A DNA stretch of 64,000 bases, taken from an uncultured delta proteobacterium. GTDB taxonomy: Bacteria; Desulfobacterota; Binatia; UBA9968. The stretch lies in the NCBI GenBank assembly GCA_963728565.1, contig CAVSLC010000012.1, forward strand, positions 22,976 through 86,975, given 5' to 3'. Both the position numbers and the translations under genes were made by a program. The notes beneath the pieces are model-generated. The model saw only the letters and a program-made list of their open reading frames with translations, made no database searches and was not told where the DNA came from. The stretch's first letter is position 1, and the number at the start of each line of letters is the position of its first letter. Below, piece by piece: positions 33,402 to 42,794 of this stretch.

Positions 33402-33840
33402 CGGCAAGTTTTACGAAATCGCCTTTCAACGCCACGCCAGCAATGATTGCCCCCGCATGGCATTCGAACTCGGTCGCGCTCGACATTACTTTTTTGTTGT
33501 AATAGCTAACGATGTTGATGACCGCGTTTGCGCCCAGTTGCTGCGCGCGTGTTTGGAGCGCCACCATAGCTGAAAGGAAGGCCCAATTGCAGGCTTTCTC
33601 ATCGGATTTGCCAAACGCATTGGTCTTGCGATTGGATACATCGCTGCCTAAATTGGTTAAAACCTGCGGCGGCAATTGATCACCGAAGTAGAACTTCACT
33701 GAACCATCAAGCTTGTCCTGCGCGTCTTTAACCTCCATCGCAATCGCAATCGGCAGGAGATGTCTCGTGTCGCGCCCATGCGCGGGTAAACCGATTGCCA
33801 GACACAGAATCAAAACTGCCACCGATATCACATTTCTCAT
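33394..33840 (-). CDS. Secreted YbjQ-like protein commonly found at the end of APE clusters
   Basis: Signal peptide; SNRKTNAFGKSDEKACNWAFLSA, GANAVINI, ECHAG. Confidence 0.7.
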   Translation of the reverse strand: MRNVISVAVLILCLAIGLPAHGRDTRHLLPIAIAMEVKDAQDKLDGSVKFYFGDQLPPQVLTNLGSDVSNRKTNAFGKSDEKACNWAFLSAMVALQTRAQQLGANAVINIVSYYNKKVMSSATEFECHAGAIIAGVALKGDFVKLADG

Positions 33841-33880
33841 TTGCTTCTCCTTCGACTTTCGTCGCACGGCCACGTTCGCC

Positions 33881-35110
33881 TCAATCATACCTCTTGAAGA
33901 TCAACGAAGTATTAATACCGCCGAAGGCGAAATTGTTGGACATGACATATTCGCATTCGAGATGCCGGCCGGCGCCGACAATATAGTCGAGATCGGCACA
34001 GTGCGGATCGATCCGGGAAAGATTGATCGTCGGCGCAAACCACGCTGCGCGCATCATCTCGATGCTGATCCATGATTCCAAAGCGCCGCAAGCTCCGAGC
34101 GTGTGTCCCATGTAGCTTTTAAGAGAACTGATCGGCACCTGGCCGCCGAAAACTTGCCGCGTAGCTTGCGATTCCGCGATATCGCCGTGTTCGGTCGCAG
34201 TCCCGTGAGCGTTGACGTAACCGATAGACGATGGCGGGATACCGGCGTCAGCCAGCGCCAACTCCATCGCAATTTGCATAGTGCGCGCATTTGGCTGGGT
34301 GATGTGACTGCCATCGCTGTTGGTGCCGAAGCCGACCACTTCGGCAAAGATCTTAGCGCCGCGGGCGCGGGCATGTTCGAGATTTTCCAAAACCAAGCTG
34401 CCAGCGCCCTCGCCAAGGACAAGGCCATCGCGCTCCGCATCGAAAGGGCGCGGTGTCGAGTCGGCGGCTTCGTTGCGCGCGCTGGTGGCAAATAGAGTAT
34501 CAAAAACGGCTACCTCGGTGACGCACAGTTCTTCGGCACCGCCGGCAATCATCGCTAGCTGACGCCCGCTGCGAATGGTTTCATATGCGTACCCGATTCC
34601 TTGACTACCCGAGGTACAAGCGCTGGAGGTTGTGACGATCCGGCCCGTAATGCCCAAAAAAACCCCGAGATTTACCGGCGCGGTATGTCCCATCATTTTT
34701 ATGTAAGTCGTCGCATTGATGCCCTTGGTACTTTTTTCATCGATCATCTTGCCGAAATCGCAAATAGCTTTGGGGGTGCCGGCCGAGGAGCCATAGGCGA
34801 TGCCCAACTGACCGCTTTTTAACAGCGGGTCATCGATCAGCCCGGCATCCCGTAAAGCTAGTTCGCTGGCGCGGGTTGCCATCAAAGCTACTCTCCCCAT
34901 GCTGCGGGTTGCCTTGTTAGTGTAGCGTTCCGACAGCTCAAACGGCGCCGCCGGCGCGCCCAGCAACGTATTCAGACCATCGTAGTCGGACCACTCGGGC
35001 ATGCGCATGACGGCATTGCGATAGCTTCCCAAGCGCGTACGAATGCTGGCCCAGTGGTTGCCGATGGGACTGATGCCAGCCATGCCGGTGACCGCGACCC
35101 GTCGCCTCAT
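33881..35110 (-). CDS. Beta-ketoacyl-ACP synthase (ApeR-like)
   Basis: SSACTSG, NAHGTAT and GHTLGACG (Cys-His-His); NNFAFGG. Confidence 0.92.
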   Translation of the reverse strand: MRRRVAVTGMAGISPIGNHWASIRTRLGSYRNAVMRMPEWSDYDGLNTLLGAPAAPFELSERYTNKATRSMGRVALMATRASELALRDAGLIDDPLLKSGQLGIAYGSSAGTPKAICDFGKMIDEKSTKGINATTYIKMMGHTAPVNLGVFLGITGRIVTTSSACTSGSQGIGYAYETIRSGRQLAMIAGGAEELCVTEVAVFDTLFATSARNEAADSTPRPFDAERDGLVLGEGAGSLVLENLEHARARGAKIFAEVVGFGTNSDGSHITQPNARTMQIAMELALADAGIPPSSIGYVNAHGTATEHGDIAESQATRQVFGGQVPISSLKSYMGHTLGACGALESWISIEMMRAAWFAPTINLSRIDPHCADLDYIVGAGRHLECEYVMSNNFAFGGINTSLIFKRYD

Positions 35111-35832
35111 ACGAGCCCGCCATCGACCGAGATGACTTGGCGAGTGATGTACGCCGCCCCATCCGTAAGCAGGAAACTCACTGCCGCCGCGACCTCGTCG
35201 GGAGTGCCGGTTCGACCTGCGGGAATCAGTTTGAGTATTTCATCCACAGGCGCATGATCGATCATTTCCGTCTCAATCAGTCCCGGAGCGACACAGTTTA
35301 CGGTAATCTCGCGTTTTGCCAGCTCCAGCGCCAACGCTTTAGTCGCACCAATGATGCCGGCCTTCGCTGCGCTGTAATTCACTTGACCGCGATTGCCCAT
35401 CAACCCGGACGCCGACGCCAAGGTGACAATCCGCCCCGGCGCTCGTCGCCGCACCAACGGCATAATCAAGGGATTGAGCACATTATAAAACCCGTCGAGA
35501 TTTGTTCTGAGAACAACGTCCCAATCGTCTCCTGACATGGCGGGAAAAACACTGTCGCGAGCAACGCCGGCGTTACATACGACACCGTAGTAACAGCCAT
35601 GCCGCTCAACGTCCTCTTCCAGTGTTGCTGCGGCGGTGGCGCGATCGCCAATATCGAATTGCAAGACGCGAGCTTGGCGGCCGAGTGCGATAATGGATCG
35701 GCCTAATTCATCGGCCTCTTCGCGGCGCGCTCGGCAATGGGCCACGATGTCGTAACCATCCCGCGCGAGCCGGTAAGCGATGGCTTTTCCGATGCCGCGG
35801 CTGGAGCCGGTTACCAGGACGGTTTTATTCAT
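35107..35832 (-). CDS. 3-oxoacyl-ACP reductase (FabG/ApeQ-like)
   Basis: TGSSRGIG, CNAG, YSAAK. Start set at MNKTV. Confidence 0.92.
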   Translation of the reverse strand: MNKTVLVTGSSRGIGKAIAYRLARDGYDIVAHCRARREEADELGRSIIALGRQARVLQFDIGDRATAAATLEEDVERHGCYYGVVCNAGVARDSVFPAMSGDDWDVVLRTNLDGFYNVLNPLIMPLVRRRAPGRIVTLASASGLMGNRGQVNYSAAKAGIIGATKALALELAKREITVNCVAPGLIETEMIDHAPVDEILKLIPAGRTGTPDEVAAAVSFLLTDGAAYITRQVISVDGGLV

Positions 35833-36298
35833 TCGAGCTCCCTTTGATGAAATCAACGGCATCGGCCGGTTGAAATACCGTGAGCGTGGCTGTGGCGACT
35901 TCTTGTTCCTCATGCTCGATACGGCACTGAAACGAGCCTAAACCATTGTCGCTCTGCAGGACGCGCCGGACATGGACTCTGAGCAAGCTGCCCGGACTGA
36001 ACATCGGCAGGGTACACTCATAGCGTCTTGCTCCGAGTAAAAACCCGGGCTTGACGGCTTCGCCGCGCGCGTAAGCGGTATATCCTGCGAAAGCAGCTAT
36101 GGTTTGGGCCATATATTCGAGACCCACCCAGGCGCCGACGCCGTCCGCCGCGCAGAACAAGCTATCAAGGCGGATACGCACCTCCGCGCACAGGCTCTCT
36201 TCATCTGCCGCGATTACCCGATCGAGTAGCACCATTGCGCCACTGTGTGGAATCAAAGACCTAATATCCGGCCAACCCATCTCATCCTTCGAAATCAA
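35825..36298 (-). CDS. 3-hydroxyacyl-ACP dehydratase (ApeP-like hot-dog fold)
   Basis: LIPHSGAMVLLD, GLEYMAQ, GFLLGAR. Confidence 0.88.
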   Translation of the reverse strand: MISKDEMGWPDIRSLIPHSGAMVLLDRVIAADEESLCAEVRIRLDSLFCAADGVGAWVGLEYMAQTIAAFAGYTAYARGEAVKPGFLLGARRYECTLPMFSPGSLLRVHVRRVLQSDNGLGSFQCRIEHEEQEVATATLTVFQPADAVDFIKGSSNE

Positions 36299-36402
36299 GA
36301 GATCCGAACTATCGCATTGCTCTGCTAAGACATGTCACTGCTATGAATGGAAACCACATAGGGGTCTCGTCAAGATTAAGAATCTGATCAGGCGAGGTCA
36401 TC

Positions 36403-37587
36403 TCATCCCCGGCCAAAAACGAGGGCTGCATTGGCGCCGCCGAAAGCGAACGAATTGCTCAATATCCAATCCAACGGCCGGCCAAGATGGCTGCCTGGTT
36501 GCGCCACATTCAGCGCCGGCAGCGTCGGATCGGGTATGCCATCCCAGAGGTGCGGCGGGAATCTGCCGGCAGGATTATCATCCTGCATCGCCAACCAACA
36601 CAATCCAGCCTCGATGGCCCCGGCCGCCCCCAGCGCATGCCCGGTCAATGGTTTAGTCGAGCTCACCGCAACCGCATCACCAAAGAGCGCGTCGATGAGG
36701 CGAGCTTCCATGGCGTCGTTCTGCACAGTTCCAGTACCATGGAGGTTTACGTAGTCGATCGTTTCAGCAGAAATTCCAGCTCGAGAAAGAGCCCGTTCGA
36801 CGGCCAGACGCGCCCCCGCGCCGCTGGGGTCCGGAGCTGACATATGATAGCCGTCAGACGATTCGCCCCAGCCGCGCAGCGCGACAGGTCCGGGCTCACG
36901 GCTCATCAAGAATAGCGCGCCGCCTTCGCCGATATTGATGCCATCGCGATTACGGCTGAGCGGATTGCATCGTCTCGCACTAACGGATTCGAGGGCGGCA
37001 AAACCGGCAACCGTAAACCCGCATAAAGTATCCACACCGCCGGTTAAAACCGCATCGCAAGCGCCCGCGCACAGCAAACGAGCGGCGCTGGCGAGGGCCT
37101 TGGCGCTTGAGGCGCAGGCACTTGAATGGACGTATGCCGGCCCCCAAACGCCAAGCTCGTCTGCGAGCAGAGTAGCCAGCGAGCTCAATTCCTGCTGCCC
37201 ATAGTGGAACTGGTCCGGCAGGCTTCCAATCCTGGTGAAGTGACGAAACGCGGCTTCGCTCTCGGCGATTCCGGAAGTACTCGTGCCGATCACGATCCCG
37301 AGACGCCCCTTGCCATAGTGCTCAATCGCGTCATCGACCGCAGTTCGGATCTGCGCCAATGCAGCCAATGCCACTCGGTTGTTACGGCTCCTTGCGATGA
37401 CGTCCAAATGGCTGACTGCCGGCAGCGGCAGCTCGGCATCGATGCGGCCCAGGGGCAGCAGTCGTCCAGGCGAATACTCTTCAGACAACGAAACGCCGCT
37501 TTGCCCTGTATTCAGCAGCCGTTGTTTCACCTGCTCACCGGAATTTCCTAATGGGCAGACGATTCCAAGTTGATTGAGGTAAATCAT
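36403..37587 (-). CDS. Beta-ketoacyl-ACP synthase (ApeO-like)
   Basis: SSACASS, NLHGTGT, GHALGAAG, SNSFAFGG. Confidence 0.92.
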   Translation of the reverse strand: MIYLNQLGIVCPLGNSGEQVKQRLLNTGQSGVSLSEEYSPGRLLPLGRIDAELPLPAVSHLDVIARSRNNRVALAALAQIRTAVDDAIEHYGKGRLGIVIGTSTSGIAESEAAFRHFTRIGSLPDQFHYGQQELSSLATLLADELGVWGPAYVHSSACASSAKALASAARLLCAGACDAVLTGGVDTLCGFTVAGFAALESVSARRCNPLSRNRDGINIGEGGALFLMSREPGPVALRGWGESSDGYHMSAPDPSGAGARLAVERALSRAGISAETIDYVNLHGTGTVQNDAMEARLIDALFGDAVAVSSTKPLTGHALGAAGAIEAGLCWLAMQDDNPAGRFPPHLWDGIPDPTLPALNVAQPGSHLGRPLDWILSNSFAFGGANAALVFGRG

Positions 37588-38136
37588 CTAAGGCTCATTG
37601 GGAACGGATTGGATGGTTATGCGGTAATCAAGCTGCAGGTTGGTTACTTCGACTTTGCCGCTCCAAAGCGGCAAGGCACTGTAATCAATTATCATGATGG
37701 CTAAACCATCTTGTCGGATGGTGCGGCGCAGATCGTTCTCTTCGATGCTCCAGCCGACGGGTAAGGCTTGTCGGATTGCATCAACCGGCCAAAGTGTGAG
37801 TTGTAGGTTTTCAAGCACCTCTTCGCCGCGCAGGTGGACTGGCCACATCGGGTGGCGCCATGATTGTAGGGTCTTGCCATCGTAATGAAGCGACAACACT
37901 CTCCGACCGAGCGCGAGGCCAATCAAATCGATGCGTGCAGGGTCGATTTCGAGTGCGACGTCGAGCTGAGCGCTGCGGCCCTGCCCTTCTACATCCAGAC
38001 GCTGCTGCAAGCTGATCGATTCCCCGAGCGCCGCCGGCCTCAACTTCAGGCCCACACCGACCGGTCTTGACTCTGGCGCGACACACGCACCGAGCGACAA
38101 AACCAGAAATGCGAAGATGGCGTATCGGGCCGGCAT
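37588..38136 (-). CDS. DUF3261-like lipoprotein (ApeN-like)
   Basis: Lipobox LGAC, LENLQLTLWP; position directly before the KS as in APE clusters. Confidence 0.75.
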   Translation of the reverse strand: MPARYAIFAFLVLSLGACVAPESRPVGVGLKLRPAALGESISLQQRLDVEGQGRSAQLDVALEIDPARIDLIGLALGRRVLSLHYDGKTLQSWRHPMWPVHLRGEEVLENLQLTLWPVDAIRQALPVGWSIEENDLRRTIRQDGLAIMIIDYSALPLWSGKVEVTNLQLDYRITIQSVPNEP

Positions 38137-38138
38137 CG

Positions 38139-39360
38139 CTATGAGCACAACTCCTCCAATGCCGCCAATCGTCGTCTCGGCTCGCGCACGTAAGGATTGC
38201 TTACATCCCAAGCGTATCCGGCGAGGATCGCCGAGATCATGCGCCGAATTTCCACGGGTTGATTGTGGTGGAAGACGATCCGCTGAAAGCCTCCGCGGTA
38301 CCAAGATTCGACAAAGGCCCGGAAGGTATCGACGCCTATTTTGAGCGGCTCAGCGTATTGGCTAGACCAGTCAACCGCTTCACCGGCGAAGCGACGCTGC
38401 AGGACTGCGGCGGCAAGGCTCGCCGATTTGAAAGCGATCGTAACCCCGGACGAAAAAATCGGATCGAGAAACTCCCCAGCATTACCAAGCAGGGCATAAC
38501 CTGGACCCGATAACGATTTGACGTTGGCCGAATAACCAACGATGCGTCGGGCCGGGGTATCCCAACAAGGCATTTTCAAGCAGATTGGCCAAGGTACGGT
38601 CTTCGCCTACCAAGGCCTGCAAACGTTGCGTATCCGTTCCCTGATAACGCTCGAGTAAAGCGGGTTCAGTCACAACCCCCAGAGAACAGCGGCCGGAGGC
38701 AAACGGGATCAACCAAAACCACACGTCGGTACGTTGCGGGTGAACTATCACTCGTATCTTATTGCGGTCGAACTCCGAGTGTGTGATCCGGTCTTCGATG
38801 TGCGTGAATATGGCGCTACGCACGGGAAAATTTGACGGCTTCTCTAGTTTCAGCAGGCGCGGCAGAATCCGCCCAAAACCGCTGGCGTCCAGAATGAAAC
38901 ATGCTTCGACAAGATAATGTTCGCCCTGTGGATCCTTGACTTTTACCCGAGGCCGGTTGCCGCCGACATCGATCGCGACTACTTCGTGGCGGTAGCTTAC
39001 TTCGGCCCCCTGAGCCTCTGCCTCTAACGCCAGCAGATGATCGAAGCGAGCCCGCGGCACCTGGTAGGTAGTGCTCCAGCCGGGTGAATATTTTTCGCTG
39101 AAATCGAAGTCGCTGTATTGCTGGCCTTGAGCGAAAGCGGCGCCATTCTTCAACTGAAAACCGGCCGCAACTACGGCGCGCAGCATCCCGCCCTGCTCGA
39201 GGTACTCCATACTCTGCGGCAGCAGACTCTCACCGATGCTAAAGCGCGGGAACTGCTCGCGCTCGAGCATCAGAACATGCCGGCCCTGCTGTCGCAGCAA
39301 CGCCGCCGCTACGGATCCGGCCGGACCGGCGCCGATAATGACAACTTCCACCTTCTTCAA
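38139..39360 (-). CDS. FAD-dependent oxidoreductase / flavin-dependent halogenase-like (frameshift near 38560)
   Basis: GAGPAG, FPRFSIGESL, DASG and WFWLIP in ORF 38482-39444; LGNAGEFLDPIFSSG in ORF 38139-38579. Confidence 0.85.
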
Positions 39361-39385
39361 CGTTTCTCCCCTAAGCCAGCCAACC

Positions 39386-41770
39386 TCATACGGTGACCCC
39401 AAGCCGCTCGGATGGAATCTCATTGGCTCTTGCTGCAACAGCAAAACAGGGGACGACCAGACACACGGCGACTGTTCCGATCAACATGGTCAGGCCAAAA
39501 GCTTGCAAAGCAGGAGTCTTGCTTAAACTGAGCAGGCCGAATGAAAGCAACGTGTTAATTGCCGAAAGCGCCACCGAGAGCCAGGCGATCGCGTCGCGCC
39601 GGCCGAAATGCTCTTGCAAAAAAATCCCATAATCGATGCCAATGCCCAGTAGGAGCATTAGGCCGAGCACATGGAACAACTGCAGACCTGCGCCGACGCT
39701 GCCCAGCAGCGCAAGCGTAGTCAGACTCGCGATTGCTGTTGGAGCGACTACTCGCCAGGTGTGGCGGCCATAGCGCGGGTAGAGCAAGCCGTAAACGGCA
39801 AAATAGGAAAATACCACGAGCCAAGTCATATATCGGCGGTAAGCCGCTAGGACGGACGAGACTTCACTGACTTTGTCCACCCACTGAACTCCCTCGAGGC
39901 CGCCGGCGGCTTGCTGCAGAATTGCTAGGGTATCTTTTTTCGCTCCCCGCACCGCGACAATGCTGGCGTAGATGCCGTTCAGATTGCCGAGCCAGATAGG
40001 ATGGCTGAGTTCAGCGATCGACGATTTAAAAAAATTTTCGGGTGAGAGAGGCAAAGCCGATGCAAGCAGAGCTTCACGGGAGCGGGACACCCATTGGTCG
40101 TCTTCCCCGAGTTTTTTCGCCAGCAGGTTGAGCGCGCCGCCGTCATTCAGAAGCTTGTTTTGAATAAGTCGCCGGTGCTCGCCCTGCACCTGCAAAGAAG
40201 GCACCCAATTCGATAGCGCCTGATAGCCGCTGATCAGGCGCTTTTCAATCATCGGCTCAAGCCGTTCTCTTAGCACTTCCTCGCGCTGAAGCACCGCCTC
40301 GGCCGTGGACCCGCGAACTAAATAGAATTGAGCCGGCGCGGGGACGTCCAGCAGTTGGCTGAGCTTGATCTGCTCCTCGACCAGATGTTTGGGCGGATTC
40401 TGCAGCGACCGGATATCGTCGTCTGTATGGAGCCCTGATAAGCCGAAAGCCGCCAAAGCGATCGCCAATAAACTAAACGTCAGCGTCCCTTGATCGCAAC
40501 GCAGCACCGGCCAGTGCTGCATCGTACCAGCGTACTTCTCGGCCAACCGACCACTCTTAAATGTGCCGCGCCACGCCAAAGCCGGGAACCAACAGATCAC
40601 AGTAAGCCATGCGAAAACCAACCCGACGGCGGAAAATACCGCCACCTGCCGCAAGCCCGGAAACGGCGTCAGCGCAAGGCCGAGATAGCCAATTACTGTC
40701 GTTACCAGGGCCAAAGTCAGCGCCGGCGTGAGCCGACGCAGTAATTGCCATGAGTTAAGTTGACGCGCATCGGCCGCAAATCGGTTGCATAGGAAGTAGG
40801 TTCCATAATCCTGGGCGCCACCGATCAGACTGGCGCCGAATACCAGGGTCAGTAGGTGGACGCGATCGAAAACCACCCAGCAGACCGATAAAGCGCCTAG
40901 GCAACCGATGGCCACCGAAATCATCACCCAGGCTATCGGCTTTAACGAACGAAATGCGATCCAGGTCATCGCAATGATGCCGAGCATCGAGCCAAGGCCG
41001 ATGGTGCCGATTTCTTTCCTTGACTGCTCGGCCGCAGCGGCGGCATACAGGATCACACCTGATGACAAAACTTCAACGCCCGGGACGGCTTTGCGCGCGC
41101 TGTGCTTGGCTTTTTGCAGTAGCGGAACGATCGCCTGCTGGGCGGTCGTTGAAAAAGCAGCAACTCGCAACGTGAACGGCAAAACGACATATTCGCGCCG
41201 GCCGTCGCTGATAGACAACCGACCGTCACGTGGCCGCACCGTCGTCTCTTGGGCGCGGGCCTGGGCCCATTCGCCAAACAAATCAAATGGATCATCGTGC
41301 CAGGTACTTAGGATCGAGCCGCCAAACGGCCTATAGAGCTTGCTCAATGCCTGGTCTACCCAAAACTGCGCCGGCTCGTGACGTAATGTCGATTTTTGCT
41401 CGGGTGTCAGCAAGCCCAGCCGATGTTGTCGGAACAATCCAAGCCACTCTTGGCGTGAATCAACCGTTGTGCGCTGCTCCAACTGCAGCAGATCGTTATG
41501 AGGCGACAACTCCGAGACGTACGCGTCAGCCGCAGCTCGCGCTTGCATCCAATCATCCGCGCCAATCAGGACGATCAGCCGCTGCTGTCCCGTATCAATC
41601 ATCTGAGTAAAGGCTTGCTGCAATACGGGATCGCGTTGTGGAAGCGGCAGAAGCGCCAAAATATCGGTCTCCGGAGCGATCCGCTGGTTCAGCCAAAGAT
41701 ACGAGGTATGAGCCACGAGCAAGCAGACCACCAGACTCCACAGCCATGCCAGCAGCTTTAGCTGAGTCAA
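39386..41770 (-). CDS. MMPL/RND-family exporter (ApeM-like)
   Basis: Two TM bundles with large periplasmic loops; LVFGASLIG, GIGIDYGIF. Confidence 0.88.
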   Translation of the reverse strand: MTQLKLLAWLWSLVVCLLVAHTSYLWLNQRIAPETDILALLPLPQRDPVLQQAFTQMIDTGQQRLIVLIGADDWMQARAAADAYVSELSPHNDLLQLEQRTTVDSRQEWLGLFRQHRLGLLTPEQKSTLRHEPAQFWVDQALSKLYRPFGGSILSTWHDDPFDLFGEWAQARAQETTVRPRDGRLSISDGRREYVVLPFTLRVAAFSTTAQQAIVPLLQKAKHSARKAVPGVEVLSSGVILYAAAAAEQSRKEIGTIGLGSMLGIIAMTWIAFRSLKPIAWVMISVAIGCLGALSVCWVVFDRVHLLTLVFGASLIGGAQDYGTYFLCNRFAADARQLNSWQLLRRLTPALTLALVTTVIGYLGLALTPFPGLRQVAVFSAVGLVFAWLTVICWFPALAWRGTFKSGRLAEKYAGTMQHWPVLRCDQGTLTFSLLAIALAAFGLSGLHTDDDIRSLQNPPKHLVEEQIKLSQLLDVPAPAQFYLVRGSTAEAVLQREEVLRERLEPMIEKRLISGYQALSNWVPSLQVQGEHRRLIQNKLLNDGGALNLLAKKLGEDDQWVSRSREALLASALPLSPENFFKSSIAELSHPIWLGNLNGIYASIVAVRGAKKDTLAILQQAAGGLEGVQWVDKVSEVSSVLAAYRRYMTWLVVFSYFAVYGLLYPRYGRHTWRVVAPTAIASLTTLALLGSVGAGLQLFHVLGLMLLLGIGIDYGIFLQEHFGRRDAIAWLSVALSAINTLLSFGLLSLSKTPALQAFGLTMLIGTVAVCLVVPCFAVAARANEIPSERLGVTV

Positions 41771-42372
41771 AATAGCTTGGCCTCATCAACATCCATGGCG
41801 CTGTCGCCGGTCTCGATTGCCATCAAGTCGATGCTCGTGCGATCGCCATTAGCTTCATCGATTGTAATGCCTCTGACATGGATGCCGCCTTTGAGCGCGA
41901 TGCTGCCAATGGCCTTGGCCAAACCCGGTTCAAGCGCTTTGAGCGTTATGCTCCACGCCTTGTTTTGAACTGAGCCGTGGATTTCGAAGAGCTTTTCAAT
42001 CTGCCCGATATCGCCCGCGAGCAAGGCAAACAAAACCGTATTGATCAGCCGCACGCTAGGCTCTTTCTTGGCTTCAAGACGCAGCGCCACCTGATCTCCG
42101 CGCATTTGGACGATCTCATCATGGGTCAGCCGCAAGGTGCTAGGAAACGGCTGTAGCGTGCGCCACAATACACCCTTATCGGCAACCACACAGAAGCGGC
42201 CGCTAGAGTTCACCGGATTTTTCAAACCGACTAGCTGCTTTTTTTGCTCAAAGCGGCCGCACAGGACCGCCGCTTTGAGAAGCATGGACTCGACGGTCGC
42301 CAAGGGCGCAGCGCCGAGGAGCGGCAGCGAGCACACCACAAGACAAAACCCGATGAGATTCCTGCTCAACAA
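41767..42372 (-). CDS. LolA-like lipoprotein carrier (ApeL-like)
   Basis: Signal peptide; GRFEQKK, SSGRF, GVLWRTLQPFPS. Confidence 0.8.
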   Translation of the reverse strand: MLSRNLIGFCLVVCSLPLLGAAPLATVESMLLKAAVLCGRFEQKKQLVGLKNPVNSSGRFCVVADKGVLWRTLQPFPSTLRLTHDEIVQMRGDQVALRLEAKKEPSVRLINTVLFALLAGDIGQIEKLFEIHGSVQNKAWSITLKALEPGLAKAIGSIALKGGIHVRGITIDEANGDRTSIDLMAIETGDSAMDVDEAKLF

Positions 42373-42794
42373 GCCGCAATTCCCATTCGGTCAAGAAGCA
42401 CCCGCGGCGATACGAAGCACATCTCGCGGGTGGCGATGTCGACCGCGACTTGTGTGGTGCTGGCGCGGGTGAGACGACGGCCGCTCTGCGCATCGGTGAT
42501 GAGGTAGCCGATCTTAAGCCGATTTTCCCACTCGAGGATTTCCGCCCGGAGCTTAATTCGCTGACCGAAGATCGCCGGAGCGATGTAACGCAGGTGCATA
42601 TCGATCACCGGCCAGACGTAACCCGATGCCTTCATCTGCCGGTAGTTGTAATCAATGGTATCGAGCAAGACGCCGCGAACCATCTCCAGGTACTTGACGT
42701 AACGACCATGCCAAACGATTTCCATGGGATCGAGATCGAAGAACTCTATGTGTGTCTCGGTCTCGGCAATCCAGCGGCTCGACGCCTTATTCAT
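42366..42794 (-). CDS. Acyl-CoA thioesterase (ApeK-like, 4HBT family)
   Basis: FFDLDPMEIVWHGRYVKYLE. Confidence 0.88.
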   Translation of the reverse strand: MNKASSRWIAETETHIEFFDLDPMEIVWHGRYVKYLEMVRGVLLDTIDYNYRQMKASGYVWPVIDMHLRYIAPAIFGQRIKLRAEILEWENRLKIGYLITDAQSGRRLTRASTTQVAVDIATREMCFVSPRVLLDRMGIAAC

